NCBI GenBank assembly: GCA_020725555.1
Contig: DYEU01000026.1
Coordinates: 115,693-179,692 of the forward strand
DNA from: Desulfatibacillum sp.
GTDB lineage: Bacteria > Desulfobacterota > Desulfobacteria > Desulfobacterales > SpSt-501
Reading direction: 5' to 3'
Length of the DNA stretch: 64,000 nt
The position numbers were made by a program, and so were the translations under genes. The notes beneath the pieces were generated by a model. It was given only the letters and a program-made list of their open reading frames with translations, did no database searches and was not told the DNA's origin. Positions 8,937-19,035 of the stretch are shown here, piece by piece; within the stretch, counting starts at the first letter, position 1, and the number at the start of each line of letters is the position of its first letter.

Positions 8937-9944
8937 TCAATTGCACTGCGGCTCGTCAACGATTTTTTCGGAATCTTCCCCCGCCGTTTCGGGCGCTTGC
9001 GGCAGGGCGGCGAGCGCCTCCGCGAGGGTCCCGAGGAAGACCGCCCGGTGCGGCCCGCCGAGCGCGACCGCGCGGCGCGCGGCGGGGAGCGCCGCCCCGG
9101 GCCGGCCGCAGGCGATCCGGACGTGAGCGAGGTTGTTGAAGGCGACCGCCGCCTCGGGGTGCAGCCGCACCGCCTGGAGCAGGGCCCCCTCGGCGAGCGG
9201 GAGGTCGCCCGCGGCGAAGGCGCTGTTGCCCAAGCCGAGAAGCGCGGGCAGGCTCTGCGGAAAGCGCGCGAGCAGCGCGCGATAGCCGGAAAGCGCCGCC
9301 TCCGGCCGTCCCGCCCGCTCCAGGGCGGCGAGGGCCTCGAGCAGCGCGGCCTCCCCGGCCGTCGCCGGCAGGCGCCCCGGGGGCAGGACGACCAGCCCCC
9401 AGTCGCCGGCGCGCCGCCAGCTGCGACGGAACAGCTCTCCCGACACGCGGCGGTCGGCCTCCGTCCCGCTGTGCAGGAACAGCTCGTCCCGCTCGCGGTC
9501 GTAGCCGATGACGACGGCGTAGTGCCAGAGCGGCACCCACTCCAGGCCGAGGTTCTGCAGGACGATCACGGGGTGGCCGGAGGCGATTTCCCGCTCCAAG
9601 GCCTCCCGGCCCGCGAGGGGAACGGCGATCCGGCCCGCGCGGCGGGCGGCGGCCGTGAGCGCCGGCTGCAGCGACCCCCGCAGGCTCTCCGTGTAGACCC
9701 ACGGCCGCAGGGTCTCGGGGTCGGCCGCAAGCCCCCCCCAGGCGAGCACCATGGCCAGCGCGGCCGGCCCGCACTGGTCCTCGCGCTGGGGGAAGAAGGG
9801 CACGCCCTCCACGCGGGCGCGGGCGGGCAGGGCGGGATCTGGCGGGGCGTCGCCGGGCCCGGGCGCAAGGCCGGCACAGCCGAGAGCAAGGAGCGCCGCG
9901 GCCGTCGCGGCGGCGGCCAAGCCGCGCACCCGGCCCCCGCTCAT
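8937..9944 (-). CDS. C39-like (papain-fold) cysteine peptidase lipoprotein with C-terminal TPR-like repeats (PA2778-like family, from memory)
   Basis: Track ORF 8937..10328 trimmed to ATG comp(9942-9944). Lipobox LLALGCAG. VPFFPQREDQCGPAALAMVLAWGG (Cys nucleophile context), WHYAVVIGYD (His). C-terminal helical repeats (LGLGNSAFAAGDLPLAEGALLQAV..., AFNNLAHV...). Start overlaps the stop of the upstream kinase (ATGA). Confidence 0.72.
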   Translation of the reverse strand: MSGGRVRGLAAAATAAALLALGCAGLAPGPGDAPPDPALPARARVEGVPFFPQREDQCGPAALAMVLAWGGLAADPETLRPWVYTESLRGSLQPALTAAARRAGRIAVPLAGREALEREIASGHPVIVLQNLGLEWVPLWHYAVVIGYDRERDELFLHSGTEADRRVSGELFRRSWRRAGDWGLVVLPPGRLPATAGEAALLEALAALERAGRPEAALSGYRALLARFPQSLPALLGLGNSAFAAGDLPLAEGALLQAVRLHPEAAVAFNNLAHVRIACGRPGAALPAARRAVALGGPHRAVFLGTLAEALAALPQAPETAGEDSEKIVDEPQCN

Positions 9945-11296
9945 GCGCCGCCGGCCCCCACGAGGAGGAGGTAGACGTCCATCACGTTCGTGCGCGTGGG
10001 CCCGGTCCGGATCAGGTCCCCGAGCCGGTCGAAGAAGGTGTAGGCGTCGTTGCGTTTGAGAAAATCCCGCGGCTCGAGCCCCAGCCGGCGGCCGCGGCCC
10101 GCCGTTTCGCCGTCGGCGACCGCCCCGGCGGCATCCGTCGGCCCGTCGGTGCCGTCGGTGCCGGCGCACAGGAAGAGCACCCCCGGGACGCCCTCGAGGG
10201 CGATCGCCCCGGCGAGGGCCATCTCCTGGTTGCGTCCCCCGCGGCCCGCACCCTGCAGGGTGACCGTGGTCTCGCCCCCGGCGAGGATGCAGGCCGGCGG
10301 GGCCAGGGGGTGGCCGCTGTCGCGGCACTCCCGGCCGATGGCGGCGAAAGCGCGCGCCACCTCGCGCGCCTCCCCCTCGATCTTCGAGGAGAGGATCAGG
10401 CTGCGGTAGCCCGCGGCCTCGGCCTCCCGGGCCGCGGCCGTCAGGGCCTGGAGGCAGGAGCCCACGATCACCGTCGCGGAGCCGGCGAAGAGCGGGTCGC
10501 CGGGCTTGGGGGTCTCGGGGCGGTCTCCCGCCGCCCCCGCCGCGAGATGCCGGCGCACGGCCTCCGGGATGCGATCCCAGAGGCCGTGGCGTTGCAGGAT
10601 GGCGACCGCGTCGGCATAGCGGCTGGCGTCGGGGACGGTGGGGCCCGAGCCGATCACGTCGAGGTCGTCTCCGACGACGTCGGAGAGAACGAGCGTCAGC
10701 ACCCGCGCCGGGTGGGCCGCGCGGGCGAGCCCGCCCCCCTTGGCGCGGGAGAGGTGCTTGCGGACGGCGTTCATTTCGTGAATCGTCGCCCCGCAGGCGA
10801 GCAGGAGCCGCGTGGTCTCCTGCTTTTCCTCGAGGCCGATGCCCTCGACCGGCGCGGTGAGGAGCGCCGAGGCGCCGCCCGAGATCAGGGCCACCACCAG
10901 GTCCTCGGCCCCGCAGGCCGCCAGGGTGTCCAGGATCTCGCCGGTCCCCTGCACGCCGCGGCCGTCGGGAACGGGGTGGGCGGCTTCGCGCACGGCGATC
11001 CGCCTAAGCGGCAGGCCGTGGCCGTCCTTGACCACGATCGTGCCGCCGTCGAGGCGTTCGCCGAGAATCTCCTCGAGGGCCCGCGCCATGGGGGCGGTCG
11101 CCTTGCCGGCGCCGACGGCGAGGACCCGGCGAAAGCGCCCGAGCTCCCAGATCCGCCCGCCCGCCTCCAGACGGCCCCCCGGCAGAAGGCCCAGATGGCG
11201 TTTGACCGCCTCCTCGGGGTCGGCCGCGGCCAGGGCGGCATGGAGAACGCGCAGGGCGTCGCCGCGCAGCGAGGCGGCCGGGGGGGAGTCCGCCAT
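9941..11296 (-). CDS. Glycerate 2-kinase / hydroxypyruvate reductase family (DUF4147 + MOFRL)
   Basis: Track ORF 9941..11431 trimmed to ATG comp(11294-11296). VLAVGAGKATAPMARALE, LISGGASALL, ILAGGETTVTLQGAGRGGRNQEMALA, CAGTDGTDGPTDAAGA. Confidence 0.85.
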   Translation of the reverse strand: MADSPPAASLRGDALRVLHAALAAADPEEAVKRHLGLLPGGRLEAGGRIWELGRFRRVLAVGAGKATAPMARALEEILGERLDGGTIVVKDGHGLPLRRIAVREAAHPVPDGRGVQGTGEILDTLAACGAEDLVVALISGGASALLTAPVEGIGLEEKQETTRLLLACGATIHEMNAVRKHLSRAKGGGLARAAHPARVLTLVLSDVVGDDLDVIGSGPTVPDASRYADAVAILQRHGLWDRIPEAVRRHLAAGAAGDRPETPKPGDPLFAGSATVIVGSCLQALTAAAREAEAAGYRSLILSSKIEGEAREVARAFAAIGRECRDSGHPLAPPACILAGGETTVTLQGAGRGGRNQEMALAGAIALEGVPGVLFLCAGTDGTDGPTDAAGAVADGETAGRGRRLGLEPRDFLKRNDAYTFFDRLGDLIRTGPTRTNVMDVYLLLVGAGGA

Positions 11297-11369
11297 GAGG
11301 TCTTCTCCTTGCGCCGGGGTCTTGGGTGGCGCCCGGCGTCCATCAATTCTATAACCCGGAACCCCGGCC

Positions 11370-11407
11370 GGCGGCAATCCGCCGACACCCCGGCGGGAAT
11401 TGCCGCC
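11370..11407. repeat. 15-bp-arm GC inverted repeat in the divergent intergenic region
   Basis: ggcggcaatccgccg (11370-11384) and cggcgg-ga-attgccgcc (11391-11407), complementary except for a 2-nt bulge, followed by cggtttgccctttctt. Confidence 0.6.
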
Positions 11408-11508
11408 CGGTTTGCCCTTTCTTGAGGCCATGGGCCGCCGCGGCGGGGAAGGTTCAAGACCTTGAATTCACGTTGTCTTATCGCCTGCAGGGGCGGCCGG
11501 GGCGCTGG

Positions 11509-11524
11509 GGGAACGGATTTTGCT
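11509..11524 (+). promoter_or_regulatory. Sigma54 (-24/-12) type promoter candidate upstream of the SLT gene
   Basis: gGGaACG-gatt-TTGCT versus consensus TGGCACG-N4-TTGCW. Invariant GG and GC present with correct spacing. About 60 nt upstream of ATG 11585, with a small hairpin (11552-11567) in the predicted 5' UTR. Confidence 0.4.
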
Positions 11525-11584
11525 ATCCTTTCTCCCGCAGCCGAAAAAAGGCCGGCCGCGAGGCCGGTGGCGGCAAGGAGAGCC

Positions 11585-12358
11585 ATGAAATCGATCGAGT
11601 CGCCGCGATCCATCCGGGATTATTTTGCCGCCCTCCCTGAGCGGCGCACCGCGCGCCAAGCCGCCGCAGGCCGGGCCGCGGCGCAGGCGGGCCCGCCCCG
11701 GTTCCTGGAGCTCATGCAGGAGGGGACGGCCCGGCCGGAGGCCCCCGCGCCGGGCGGCCTGCGGATCCGCGACTACCTGGGCCGGCCCTGCACCCGCCCC
11801 GCGGCCGGGGGCGGAGCGGGGCCTGCCGCCGCGGGGGTGCCTGCGGCGCGGGACGGGGGGCACCCCCCGGGGGAGGCCGTCTCGGCGAAAACGCCGCCCG
11901 GCGCGGGGGAGAGGCCTTCCCCGGCCTTCCGGAGTGCCGCCGCGGCGGAGCGGGAGACCGCGGGAGGCGGAGAGGCCGATCCGCGGATCGAGCGCGCCAT
12001 CCGCCGCGCGGCCGCCCGTCACGGGGTCGCCCCCGAGCTCCTGCGCGCCGTGGTCCGGGCCGAGTCGAATTTCGACCCCCGCGCGGTTTCGCCGCAAGGG
12101 GCGATGGGGCTCATGCAGCTCATGCCCGAAACGGCCCGCGAGCTCGGCGTGAGCCGGCCCTTCGACATCCAGCAGAACGTGGACGGCGGCGCCCGCTACC
12201 TCAAGCGCATGCTCGAGCGCTACGGCGGCGATCTGCGCCTGGCGCTCGCCGCCTACAACGCCGGGCCGGCCGCGGTCGAGCGCCACGAGGGCGAGGTGCC
12301 CTACGCCGAAACCCGCGCCTACGTGCGCCGCGTGCTGCGCGAGGCCGGCCGGGGATGA
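11585..12358 (+). CDS. Lytic transglycosylase (SLT domain) protein
   Basis: Track ORF 11462..12358, start put at ATG 11585 behind AAGGAG. C-terminal SLT motifs AESNFDPRAVSPQGAMGLMQLMPETA and AAYNAGP. N-terminal ~150 aa is low complexity with a repeated IRDY(F/L) motif. Confidence 0.8.
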   Translation: MKSIESPRSIRDYFAALPERRTARQAAAGRAAAQAGPPRFLELMQEGTARPEAPAPGGLRIRDYLGRPCTRPAAGGGAGPAAAGVPAARDGGHPPGEAVSAKTPPGAGERPSPAFRSAAAAERETAGGGEADPRIERAIRRAAARHGVAPELLRAVVRAESNFDPRAVSPQGAMGLMQLMPETARELGVSRPFDIQQNVDGGARYLKRMLERYGGDLRLALAAYNAGPAAVERHEGEVPYAETRAYVRRVLREAGRG

Positions 12359-12477
12359 GGGGCGGGCGGGGGATTTTCCCTTGACAGGGGATCGTCCCTT
12401 CGGGATATCAGATCGCTGCGCCGCGCCGGCCGCCGCCGGCGCGCAAGCGAGCGAGCCGACCGAAAGGATCATTGCCC

Positions 12478-13656
12478 ATGACCGTCGCCCGGAAGATCGA
12501 GGAATTCATCCAGGCCTCCTCGTGGATCCGCCGCATGTTCGAGGAGGGGGCCGAGCTCAAGAAGGCCCACGGCGCGGCCAACGTCTTCGATTTCAGCCTC
12601 GGCAACCCCAACCTCCCGCCGCCGCCTTCTTTCCGGCGCGTGCTGCGCGAGATTCTGGAGCACGCCCCGGAGAGCGCCCACGCCTACATGGCCAACACGG
12701 GGCTTCCCGAGACCTGCGCCGCCGTGGCCGAGCGGCTCTCGGCCGAGCAGGGCGTGCGCGTCTCGGGCGCCGAGGTGATCATGACCTGCGGCGCGGCGGG
12801 GGCGCTGAACATCGCCTTCAAGGCCTTGCTCGACCCCGGCGACGAGGTGCTGGTCCCGGCGCCCTGCTTCGTCGAGTACGGCTTCTATGCCGACAACCAC
12901 GGCGGGGTGCTCAAGACCGTCCCCAGCCGGCCCGATTTTCAGCTCGATCTGGGGGCGATCGAGGCGGCCCTCGGCCCCCGCAGCAAGATCGTGCTGCTCA
13001 ACTCGCCCAACAACCCGACGGGGGTGGTCTACCCGGAGGAGAGCCTGCGCGCGCTGGGCCGGCTGCTCGAGGAGAAATCCCGCGCCCTCTCCCGCACCCT
13101 CTACCTCGTGGCCGACGAGCCCTACCGCCAGGTCGTCTTCGACGGGGTGCGCGTCCCGCCGCTCTTTTCCTGCTACCGGCAGAGCATCGTCTGCTCCTCC
13201 TACTCGAAGGACCTCTCCATCCCGGGCGAGCGGATCGGCTATGCGGCCGTCCACCCCGAGGCCGAGCACAAGAAGGCGCTGCTCGCCGGCATGGCGCTCG
13301 CCAACCGCATTCTCGGGTTCGTGAACGCGCCGGCGCTCATGCAGCGCGCCGTCGCGCGGCTCCAGGGCGAGCGCTGCGACGTCGCGGCCTACCGCCGCAA
13401 GCGGGATCTCCTCTGCGACGGGCTTGCGGCCGCAGGCTACGAGTTCATCCGGCCGCAGGGGACCTTTTACGTGTTTCCCCGCTCGCCGCTGGCCGACGAC
13501 GTCGCCTTCGTGCAGGCGCTGAAGAAGGAACGCGTCCTCGCCGTCCCCGGGCGGGGCTTTTTCGGGCCCGGCCACTTCCGCATCGCCTTCTGCGTGGAGG
13601 ACGCGGTGATCGAAAACGCTCTCCCCGCCTTCGCGCGGGCGATCCGGCGGCGCTGA
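12478..13656 (+). CDS. Class I/II PLP-dependent aminotransferase (aspartate aminotransferase-like)
   Basis: NSPNNPTGVVY and SYSKDLSIPGERIGY (PLP-lysine context). The track start is TTG 12472; ATG 12478 is preferred. Confidence 0.9.
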   Translation: MTVARKIEEFIQASSWIRRMFEEGAELKKAHGAANVFDFSLGNPNLPPPPSFRRVLREILEHAPESAHAYMANTGLPETCAAVAERLSAEQGVRVSGAEVIMTCGAAGALNIAFKALLDPGDEVLVPAPCFVEYGFYADNHGGVLKTVPSRPDFQLDLGAIEAALGPRSKIVLLNSPNNPTGVVYPEESLRALGRLLEEKSRALSRTLYLVADEPYRQVVFDGVRVPPLFSCYRQSIVCSSYSKDLSIPGERIGYAAVHPEAEHKKALLAGMALANRILGFVNAPALMQRAVARLQGERCDVAAYRRKRDLLCDGLAAAGYEFIRPQGTFYVFPRSPLADDVAFVQALKKERVLAVPGRGFFGPGHFRIAFCVEDAVIENALPAFARAIRRR

Positions 13657-13742
13657 AGGCGCGGGCGCCCCGAGGGCGGACGCCGGGGCCTCCGGGGGGC
13701 GGGGATCGCCCGCCGGCTGGCGCCCGTCCGGGAGAAGGAACC

Positions 13743-14054
13743 GTGGTCGTTTTTCTTGCCCTCACCCTGGCCTATCTCGCCGGGCTTCTTTTGCTGGGCC
13801 GCTCGCGGCGACCGGCCCCGGCCCTGGCGTACGAGGAATACCCCTCCTGCCTCGCCTTCGCCCGGCGCTGCTCCGTCTACGACGTCTTCCGGCACGCGGC
13901 CGCGGACTGGAGGTTCTCCGGCGCCAAGGTCGAGGCCGACTTCCAGCGCTATCTGCGCTCGGGCAGCCTTCCCCATTATGTCTGCCGCTATGCCCGCCGC
14001 GAGGTCCGCACCGAGGAGATCCGCCTCTACCTGCTCATCACCCGGCGCTGGTAG
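13743..14054 (+). CDS. Hypothetical 103-aa protein with N-terminal hydrophobic helix
   Basis: 3' end of the artefactual track ORF 12381..14054. GTG 13743 preceded by GGAGAAGGAA. Codon third positions are strongly G/C as in neighbouring genes. VVVFLALTLAYLAGLLLLG... then a Cys/Arg/Tyr-rich soluble part. No family recognised. Confidence 0.4.
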   Translation: MVVFLALTLAYLAGLLLLGRSRRPAPALAYEEYPSCLAFARRCSVYDVFRHAAADWRFSGAKVEADFQRYLRSGSLPHYVCRYARREVRTEEIRLYLLITRRW

Positions 14055-14151
14055 CTCCCCGCGAACCTGGAACCCCTCCTGATTCCCGACCCCGGGACAC
14101 CCAGCAGCCGGAGCCTTCCCCCGAATTTTTGACCGAATAAATTTTTTTCTC

Positions 14152-14179
14152 TTGACAAATCCAATTAACTGAATGTAAT
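14152..14179 (+). promoter_or_regulatory. Sigma70-type promoter of the tetR-acs operon
   Basis: TTGACA (14152-14157), 16-nt spacer, TGTAAT (14174-14179), inside a ~110-bp AT-rich island (14121-14213). Confidence 0.45.
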
Positions 14180-14199
14180 CAGCTAATCGAATGAATCAG
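14171..14199 (+). promoter_or_regulatory. Candidate operator: tandem GAATG(T)AATCAG repeats overlapping the -10 and start-site region
   Basis: gaatgtaatcag (14171-14182) and gaatgaatcag (14189-14199). The first copy sits in the palindrome CTGA-atgtaa-TCAG. Confidence 0.3.
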
Positions 14200-14213
14200 G
14201 TTTAGATTTTAAT

Positions 14214-14894
14214 ATGCAAATCAACGACCAGCGCGGCCGTGCCCGGGAGCGCAGGCGCCAGCAGATCCTGGCGGCCGCCAAGCGCGTGTGCGCCCTCCAG
14301 GGGATCCACCGCTGCTCCACCCGGGACATCGCGGCCGCGGCCGAGCTCAGCCCGAGCGCCCTCTACCTTTATTTCCGCAACAAGGAAGAAATCATCGCCG
14401 CCCTCTCCATGCGCATCCTCAAGCACCTCGTGGTGCGGCTCACCTACTGCGAGGAAAAGGGGGATGTCCGCCTGGACGACCACCTCGCCGGATTGCGGCA
14501 GGCGCTGCTGGATGTCCGCCGGGTCGATCCGCTGCTCTTCGACTGGGTGCTGGGCCTGCAAAGCCACCGGTTTCTCGCCGCGATCGAGAAACCCCTGCTC
14601 CGGGAGGTCCAGGCGCTGCTCGACCAGGCGCTCGACATCCTCGCCCGCATTCTTGCGCGGTGCCGCGGGGCGGCCGGGGACGAACCCGGCTTCTCCCGCG
14701 CCCTGGCGACCGTGCTCTGGTCCTGTTTCACGGGGGTGGTGCTTCACGGCGAGAGGGGGTTCGTGTTGCGCAACCGGGAAAACGCCCTGGAGGAAACCCT
14801 CGAGGTCGCCTTCGAGGTGACCGCCCGGGGTTTTGAGAGGCTTGCGCCGGCGCGAGGAAACGGGACGTCCCCCGCGCTGCCGGCTGGGGTGTGA
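14214..14894 (+). CDS. TetR/AcrR family transcriptional regulator
   Basis: 226 aa. N-terminal HTH ...ILAAAKRVCALQGIHRCSTRDIAAAAELSPSALYLYFRNKEEI. Confidence 0.9.
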   Translation: MQINDQRGRARERRRQQILAAAKRVCALQGIHRCSTRDIAAAAELSPSALYLYFRNKEEIIAALSMRILKHLVVRLTYCEEKGDVRLDDHLAGLRQALLDVRRVDPLLFDWVLGLQSHRFLAAIEKPLLREVQALLDQALDILARILARCRGAAGDEPGFSRALATVLWSCFTGVVLHGERGFVLRNRENALEETLEVAFEVTARGFERLAPARGNGTSPALPAGV

Positions 14895-14930
14895 ACGCCG
14901 ACCGAGACGAACGCAACCAAGGAGGAGACG

Positions 14931-16961
<2,031 letters not shown>

Positions 16962-17044
16962 AAGCGGCCGGGCCGCCCGCCGCGGAGGGCGTTTGGACGG
17001 CCTCCCGCGGGGCGCGGCGGCGCCGCGGAAGAGGAGGGGGGACC

Positions 17045-18850
17045 ATGAGCGGCACCACCTGGGTCTACATCATGCTCGGCATCTACACGATCTATGCCTT
17101 CTACTGGGGCATCAAGGGCTACGTCACGGAGAAGACGTCGGCCGGTTACGCGATCGGGGGGCGGTCGATCCCGTTCATCGCCTTTCTCATGGCGGCGACG
17201 GCGGCCTCCTTTTCCGGCTGGACCTTCATCGGCCACCCGGGGCTCATCTGGCGCGACGGCCTCGCCTACGCCTTCGCCTCCTTCTACGTGCTCACCATCC
17301 CGATCACGGGGACCTTCTTCGCCAAGCGAAACTGGCTGCTCGGCAAGCGCTACGGGTTCATCACGCCGGGCGACATGTTCGCCTATTACTACAACTCCGA
17401 AACCGCCCGCTGGCTGACCGTGGCGACCTCGTTTCTCTACTCCATGTTCTACACCGCGGTTCAGCTCATGGCCTCGGCCGCCCTCTTTCACTGGGTCGCC
17501 GGGGTCCCCGTCACCTTCGGGGCGATCTTCATGGCCTTCATCTGCTGGTTCTACGTCTGCTCGGGGGGCATGAAGGCGAGCGCCTGGGTGGGCGTCCTGC
17601 AGTTCGTCCTGCTTGTCGGCGGCATCATCCTCATGGGCTACTACACGATCACCGCACCGGAGATCGGCGGCTGGAAAGGCATGTCCGAGGCGCTGCAGAA
17701 GCTCGACCGCAAGCTGCTCGAGGTCCCGGCCGTCCTGTTCTGGACCGAAAACGCCGCGGCCTACGCCAAGTCCCACGGGACGGTGATGTGGACCTCGCTC
17801 ATGTGCCTCACCTACATGTTCGCCCTGATGGGGATCCAGTCCTCGCCCGCCTTCACCATGTGGAACTTCGGCCAGAAGAGCCCCGCCCCGCTCGCCTGGC
17901 AGCAGACCTTCATGTCCACCTTCGTGGTGGGCTTCGCGCTCTTCTACTTCACCGCCTTCCAGGGGATGGGGGCGAAGATCCTCGAGCTCAAGGGGGTGCT
18001 CCAGTTCACCAAGGACAGCGACGTCGTGCCGATTCTCATGAAGACCTACCTGCCGCCGTTCGTCCTGGGACTCGTCTTCCTGGGGGCCATCGCGGCCATG
18101 CACTCGACCGCCGCCCCCTACATCAACACCGGCGGCTCGATCCTCCTGCGCGACGTCTACTGGCGCTACCTCCGCAGGCAGCAGGCCGGCCACAACGAGC
18201 AGATCTGGGTGAACCGGCTGCTCGCCACCGTGGTCACCGCCGCCGCCCTCGTGGTCGGGCTGCACTCGACCGCCGCCCTGGTCATCCTCGGGGCGCTCGC
18301 GACCGCCTTCGGGTTCGTGCAGTACATCTACCTTCTCGGCGTGAACTGGGGCTTCCGCTTCCCGGCGGTCGGCGCGAACCTGGGGGTGCTCGCGGGCATG
18401 GTCGCGGTCTTTCTCACCTATTACGTCTGGCCCAACCCGCTCTCCATGCACTGCGCCTTCTGGGGGCTCTTCACGGGCCTCGTGGTCGCCTACCTCTGCC
18501 GCCGCGTGGGGGTGAAGGACGACCCCGAGACCCTGCGGCGCCAGCAGGAGCTGCGCGCCTTCCTCAACGACATCGACGCCCCCTCGCCCTCGGGCCGCGC
18601 CTGGCGCCAGGCCATGAAGTGGATCGTCCCGATCTGGTATTTCTTCGCCATCGGCCCGGCCTGCATTCTCGGCAATTCCTCCTTCTCGTTCGCCGGCTTC
18701 CCGGCGCTGTGGTCCTGGCAGATCGCCTGGTGGATCCTCGGCATCGTCATGATGTGGGCGCTCACCTTCAAGGCCGAGATGGCGACCTGCACGGACCGCA
18801 TGCTCGAGCGCGCGGAGCGCGAGACGATGATCGTCGTGAAAGAGGCCTGA
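17045..18850 (+). CDS. Sodium:solute symporter (SSS/SLC5) family permease, predicted short-chain carboxylate uptake from context
   Basis: Track ORF 16814..18850 trimmed to ATG 17045 behind GAGGAGGGGGG. 601 aa, at least 13 hydrophobic helices, typical SSS N-terminus (YAIGGRSIPFIAFLMAATAASFSGWTFIG). Confidence 0.9.
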   Translation: MSGTTWVYIMLGIYTIYAFYWGIKGYVTEKTSAGYAIGGRSIPFIAFLMAATAASFSGWTFIGHPGLIWRDGLAYAFASFYVLTIPITGTFFAKRNWLLGKRYGFITPGDMFAYYYNSETARWLTVATSFLYSMFYTAVQLMASAALFHWVAGVPVTFGAIFMAFICWFYVCSGGMKASAWVGVLQFVLLVGGIILMGYYTITAPEIGGWKGMSEALQKLDRKLLEVPAVLFWTENAAAYAKSHGTVMWTSLMCLTYMFALMGIQSSPAFTMWNFGQKSPAPLAWQQTFMSTFVVGFALFYFTAFQGMGAKILELKGVLQFTKDSDVVPILMKTYLPPFVLGLVFLGAIAAMHSTAAPYINTGGSILLRDVYWRYLRRQQAGHNEQIWVNRLLATVVTAAALVVGLHSTAALVILGALATAFGFVQYIYLLGVNWGFRFPAVGANLGVLAGMVAVFLTYYVWPNPLSMHCAFWGLFTGLVVAYLCRRVGVKDDPETLRRQQELRAFLNDIDAPSPSGRAWRQAMKWIVPIWYFFAIGPACILGNSSFSFAGFPALWSWQIAWWILGIVMMWALTFKAEMATCTDRMLERAERETMIVVKEA

Positions 18851-18872
18851 TCCCGGGAAAGGAGACCTGCCC

Positions 18873-18959
18873 ATGAAATCCGAAGATCTCTGGATGATCG
18901 GCATCGTCCTGTTCTGCATCCTGTTCACGGCAAGCTTCGGCTGGGGGCTTTGGGGTTGA
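18873..18959 (+). CDS. 28-aa single-helix membrane peptide downstream of the SSS permease (below the track cutoff)
   Basis: Own translation: MKSEDLWMIGIVLFCILFTASFGWGLWG*. GGAGA 8 nt upstream of ATG 18873, 22 nt after the permease stop. Confidence 0.4.
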   Translation: MKSEDLWMIGIVLFCILFTASFGWGLWG

Positions 18960-19035
18960 CCCGGCCGGGCGATGCGCCGCCGGCGGGGGGCACCCCCCGC
19001 CGGCCCCACCCTTGCGTCGCGAGGAAAAGCGCCCG

